From contig NC_135901.1 of NCBI RefSeq assembly GCF_964194155.1, forward strand, positions 25,544,001-25,608,000: a DNA stretch of 64,000 bases. Direction: 5' to 3'. Position 1 is the stretch's first letter, and every line of letters starts with the position of its first letter. Under the pieces are notes generated by a model. The model had not been told where the DNA came from. It worked only from the letters and a program-made list of their open reading frames with translations, and ran no database searches. A program made the position numbers and the translations under genes. Source of the DNA: Cetorhinus maximus (taxonomy: Eukaryota). Shown here piece after piece: positions 59,758 through 64,000 of the stretch.

Positions 59758-60735
59758 TCAATCCTGGTTATGATTAACAGCAGCAATAACAGCAGAATCC
59801 AACTCCTGCAACTTGTGAACTCGCTGGTGTGTCTGCAGGGTGAATGAACGAGTGAATCCTTTCCCACACACGGAGCAGATGAATGGTTTCTCTCCAGTGT
59901 GAACTCGCTGGTGTTTCAGCCGGAGGGAATGCTGAGTGAATCCCTTCCCACACACAGAGCAGGTGTACGGCCTCTCTCCAGTGTGAGTGCGCTGGTGAGT
60001 CAGCAGATCCATTTTACCTTTAAAGCTCTTCTCACAGTCGAAACATTTAAAAGGTCTTGTTTCATAGTGAACACGTTGGTGTGAAGTGAGGTGGGAGAGC
60101 TGAGTGAATCCCTTCCCACACTCAGAGCAGCTGAACGGTTTCACCCCGGTGTGAATGTGTTGGTGTCTCAGCAAGGTGGATGACTGAGCGAAACCCTTCC
60201 CACATACGAAGCAGGTGAATGGTCTCTCACCGGTGTGAACTCGCTGGTGATCCAACAGTTTGCATAACTGAGTGAATGCCATCCCACATTCAGGGCAGGT
60301 GAATGGTTTCTCCCCAGTGTGAATTCGCTGGTGTGTCAGAAGGCTGGATGACTGAGCGAATCCCTTCCCACACTCAGGGCAGGTGAATGGTTTCTCCCCA
60401 GTGTGAACTCGCTGGTGTGTCAGAAGGCTGGATAACTGAGTGAATCCCTTCCCACACTCAGCACAGGTGAACGGCCTCTCTCCAGTGTGAACTCGCTGGT
60501 GAGTCAGCAGATTTTGTTTTGTTTTAAAGCTCTTCTCACAGTTGGAACATTTAAAATGTCTCACGTCAGAGTGAACAAGTTGGTGTGCAGTAAGGTGGGT
60601 TAGTCGAGTGAATCCCTTCCCACACCCTAAGCAGGTAAATGGCCTCTCCCCAGTGTGACTGCGTCGATGAATCTCCAGCTCAGAAGGGTAACTGAATCCC
60701 TTCCCACAGTCCCCACATTTCCACGGTTTCTCCAT
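59758..60735 (-). CDS. C2H2 zinc-finger protein (unit I): 11 intact fingers
   Basis: ATG in ACCATGG context and an uninterrupted 325-aa ORF ending KLQELDSAVIAAVNHNQD. AATAAA on - at 59661-59666. Confidence 0.9.
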   Translation of the reverse strand: MEKPWKCGDCGKGFSYPSELEIHRRSHTGERPFTCLGCGKGFTRLTHLTAHQLVHSDVRHFKCSNCEKSFKTKQNLLTHQRVHTGERPFTCAECGKGFTQLSSLLTHQRVHTGEKPFTCPECGKGFAQSSSLLTHQRIHTGEKPFTCPECGMAFTQLCKLLDHQRVHTGERPFTCFVCGKGFAQSSTLLRHQHIHTGVKPFSCSECGKGFTQLSHLTSHQRVHYETRPFKCFDCEKSFKGKMDLLTHQRTHTGERPYTCSVCGKGFTQHSLRLKHQRVHTGEKPFICSVCGKGFTRSFTLQTHQRVHKLQELDSAVIAAVNHNQD

Positions 60736-61094
60736 GGTGCCGGTGTCCTTGTGTCTCTCCAGGTTGGATGATCAGTTGAAGCCTCGTCCACACACAGAAC
60801 ACGTGTACAGTTTCTCCCCACTGTGAATGGTGTGATGTTTTTTCAGGCTGTGTAACTGGTTAAAGCTCTTTCTACATTCAGTTCACTGGAACACACTCAC
60901 TCGAGTGTGTGTGTCTCAGTATTTTTCCAGTCAGACTGAAGTTTGAAATGTTTTCCCATAGATAAAACAGACAAGCATTTCTCCTTGCACATTGAAATGC
61001 TGATGATATCCAGGTCCTGATGAATTGAGTGACACTGTCAGATCAGCAGATACTTTCCTCTCCATAAATTCTCTCCTTCTAATCCTCTGTAAAA

Positions 61095-61818
61095 CCTTTG
61101 CAGTCACTTGTGATCTACTTGGTGTCTCAGAGATGAGATGACCGAGCGTATCCTTCCCACACACAGGGCAGGTGAACGGTGCTGTGTAAAACTTGCTGAT
61201 GCTGCAGTAGGATGAATGACCCAGTGTACTCCCTCCCACACACGGAGCAGATGAATGGCCTCTCCCCAGTGTGAGTGCGTTGGTTTTCCTGCAGATCACG
61301 GCTACTGTTAAAGTGCGTCTCACAGTTGGGACATTTAAAAGTTCTCACATCAGAGTGAATATGCTGATGTCTCAGCAGATAGGATAAACGGGCTCTGCAG
61401 TGTGAGTGTGCCAATGAATTTCAAGTCAGGCACGTAACTAAATCCTTTCCCACAGTCCACACATTTCCACACATTCTCCATAGTGTTGGTGTCCTTGTGT
61501 CTCTCTAGGTTGGATGATCAGTTGAAGCCTTGTCCACACACACAACAGTTTCCCGCACTGTGAATGATGTGATGTTTTTTCAGGCTGTGTAACTGCTCTT
61601 TCCACAGTCAGTGCACTGAGACACTCTCACTTGGGTGTGTGTGTCTCAGAGCTTTTCCAGCCACACCGATGCTTGAAATCTTTTCCCACAGACAGAACAT
61701 ATATTATTCCTTCCATTCAAAAGCCGATGATATTCAGGTTCTGATGAATTGACTAACTGTTAGATCAGGGTGTGATGTCTGATTTGATTTCCTGTCTGGA
61801 AATCCACTCCCTGTAACC
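61095..61818 (-). pseudogene. Decayed ZNF exon (unit J) directly upstream of unit I
   Basis: Acceptor at 61820-61819, leader, ATG at 61481, then fingers with deletions and missing Cys/His. Ends CAC AAG TGA CTG at about 61112-61101. Confidence 0.75.
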
Positions 61819-62014
61819 CTGTAAAACCAATTTACACAGGTCAGTCCAGGATAGAAATTCAGAGCAGGTAATTCTAATTACTGGGGAAAATTTGTTTCTC
61901 TCTTGTTTCACACACTTTCCCCATTTCAACAAAGTCACTGCAATGGTTTCGTGGCTCACTACCCATCTGATTCAATAATGTCCTTTATGGAAGGAGTTCT
62001 GCTTGCCTTACCTG

Positions 62015-62155
62015 ATAAAGGCAAAACACTGCGGATGCTGGAAATCTGAAATAAAAACAAAAAATGCTGGAAAATCTCAGCAGGTCTGACAGCATTTGTG
62101 GAGAGAAAGACAGAGTAAACATTTTGAGTCATTATGACTCTTCTTCAGAGCTAGT
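62015..62155 (-). mobile_element. Solo Penelope-terminal (hammerhead-bearing) unit inserted in a SINE, with a 9-bp TSD
   Basis: CCTTACCTG at 62006-62014 and 62156-62164, where the SINE consensus has it once. The core on - is AGCU-CUGAAGA-A-GAGUCA-UAA-UGACUC-AAAA (G12 mutated). Confidence 0.85.
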
Positions 62156-62689
62156 CCTTACCTGGTCTGGCCTACATGTGACTCCAGACCCACAGCAATG
62201 TGGTTGGCTCTTAAATGCCCTCTGAACAAAGGAAATTAGGGGTGGGCAATAAATGCCGGCCTAGCCAGTGACATCCACATCCCATGAATGGATGAAAAAA
62301 AATCACTGAGATTAGCTTTTAAATTCCACCAGCTGCCATCGTGGGATTTAAACCCTTATCCCCAAATTATTAGCCTGGGTCTCTGGATTACTAACTCAGT
62401 GACATTACCACCCCAGGCTCCACGGAACGCAATGCTTACACTCAAAGGCCGATAATATCCAGGTCCTGATGAATCGGGTCTGCTCTGAATGTGATGTTTG
62501 GTTTCACTTTCCCGCCTGTAAATCTTCCCCTTTTCACCCTCTGTAAAAGGAGTTTCCAAAATCCATCCCTGTCAGTCCAGGATAGAAATTCACACCATTC
62601 CCTCCTCCTGCTCCAGGATCAGTAAAGTGAGTTAAAGGTGATTTCTCATTAACAAATCCATTGCTGCATTTCCTTCATTAACCCACATT

Positions 62690-63075
62690 TGTCCACTCGG
62701 GACTGGCACCGGGAGAAATCCCGCAGCTACCGTTCCGTTCGGTGCAAAGGCGGGCCCGACACTTTCTTACTGGGGGTGTTGAGGCCTCCACTGGGTGTTT
62801 GTGAAGCCTCCCCTCCCACCCACTGCCCCTAACGCTGCCTCCGCTTATCCCCCTCCTTCCCGCCTGAAGATGAGACAAACAAGCGTCTGTCCATGAACAT
62901 CACCCGCACTGCGCATGCTCCAGATCACGAGACCCGGGGAGTGATTGACGGCAGCTCCGGACCAATAGGAAGAAGGGGCGGGACTGGAGGACCGAGCGGG
63001 TGAGGCTGGTCTTCCAGCCAATCGGAGTGAATGAGGGGCGGGGCGGGGCTGAGCCAGGATCTCCCTCATTGGCTG
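62690..63075 (-). promoter_or_regulatory. CpG-island promoter of units J/I
   Basis: TGCGCATGC near 62910, CCAAT at 62962-62966 and 63018-63022, ATTGG near 63068, and GC boxes at 62975 and 63035-63048. An acceptor cassette lies at 62541-62590. Confidence 0.7.
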
Positions 63076-63574
63076 AAACTCTGCATCATTTTGAAAGCTG
63101 ATTTGTCTCAAACTCCAGGAGAAAACTGGGCCTTTCTGTTTGTGGCTTTAAACAGATGAAACCCTGTGGGTGTGGAGCAAACATTTCAACATTTGTTTGT
63201 GAAATGTGGGAACATGATGAAACAATGTAGGAACAATTCAAGGTCTGACTTAAAGGAATAACTGGGCGGCAGGAAATGTCACCATTAGAATAAGGAGAGG
63301 ACCTGGTTTCCATAAATGAGCCAGCAGAAGGGTTAGGACAGGTTAGGGAGAAGTTAAATACTGTCATCATTGAGAACTACACAGACTATAAAGGAACATT
63401 GATCCCAAAGACAACCTCTTGTAGTATGTGTAGAGGGGGTGTGCTGAATCAGGTTCAAAGAAGTTAACTGATGTATGTTCGCTACATTGGACAATGGAAT
63501 TAATACCTGAGACTCAGATGACCCCATAGATCTGTGTTAGGTGAGATGATCTGGTGTATTACAACCAGACTCAC

Positions 63575-63716
63575 AGACTCACTCTTCTTCAGAGCCAAAC
63601 GGACTCGAACAGTTAACTCTGTTTCTCACTCCATGAATGCTGTCAGACCTGCTGAGTTTTTCCAGCATTTTCTGTTTTGATTTCAAATTACCAGCATCTG
63701 CAGTATTTTGCTTTTA
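63575..63716 (+). mobile_element. Penelope-terminal unit (truncated core)
   Basis: GGACTCGAACAGTTAACTCT...GACCTGCTGAGTTTTTCCAGC...CAGTATTTTGCTTTT. Confidence 0.75.
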
Positions 63717-63974
63717 TAACTGTATTTTCAGAACTGATTCCTGAGATAACAGCAATCCCATTGCTATCTATTGGTAAAACTGATGGAAGTATTTAAAGTG
63801 GAGACCATAGACGTGTTGGAAAGTGATGCACACAAGGAATTTATGAACTATCTGAGGATAATAGTGAGTGGAAAGGAAGGGATCTGGAAAGCAGCTAATG
63901 AGGGGCAGCACACATACACACCAACACACAGAAATCTACACACACCTTCTGTCTCTCTCTCTTTCTCACTCACT

Positions 63975-64000
63975 CAGGTGAATGGCCTCTCACCAGTGTG
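63975..64000 (-). other. Edge of a further ZNF fragment
   Basis: The minus strand reads CACACTGGTGAGAGGCCATTCACCTG, which translates to HTGERPFT. Confidence 0.5.

Noticed and set aside
60772-60933. Selenocysteine recoding of the leader TGAs (one replaces a zinc-ligand Cys)
   Set aside because: The same leaders also carry frameshifts, a TAG, extra CGA>TGA stops and lost Cys/His. The Cys-position TGA occurs in only 2 of 6 paralogs, and no SECIS was recognised by eye. Ordinary decay explains it better.

Overview
Eukaryotic, repeat-rich vertebrate DNA. The repeat families suggest a cartilaginous fish (shark or ray), but this is inference. The window is a tandem cluster of about ten paralogous C2H2 zinc-finger units on both strands. 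Three have intact arrays (15, 8 and 11 fingers), one has 8 fingers followed by a frameshifted tail, and the rest are split, pseudogenised or fragmentary. No KRAB, SCAN or BTB exon is visible. Each unit reuses some or all of one kit: a CpG-island promoter (ZNF143/NRF1/YY1/CCAAT-like motifs), a conserved branch-point/acceptor cassette, a single finger exon and a conserved 3' end. The intervening DNA is CR1 (two families), RTE, L2 and Penelope retroelements, tRNA-derived SINEs, a solo LTR, a decayed retrovirus-like pol and a 34-bp minisatellite. Three signals stand out. First, a dispersed family of about 140-bp Penelope-terminal units carries minimal hammerhead-ribozyme cores and occurs as solo insertions with TSDs and as foldback pairs. 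Second, a fossil three-finger leader carries position-conserved in-frame TGA codons and a linker-derived new start codon across paralogs. Third, a shared C-terminal tail is coding in some paralogs and lies in frame behind a TGA-CTG stop in another. All alignments were made by eye; no database search or folding was run.
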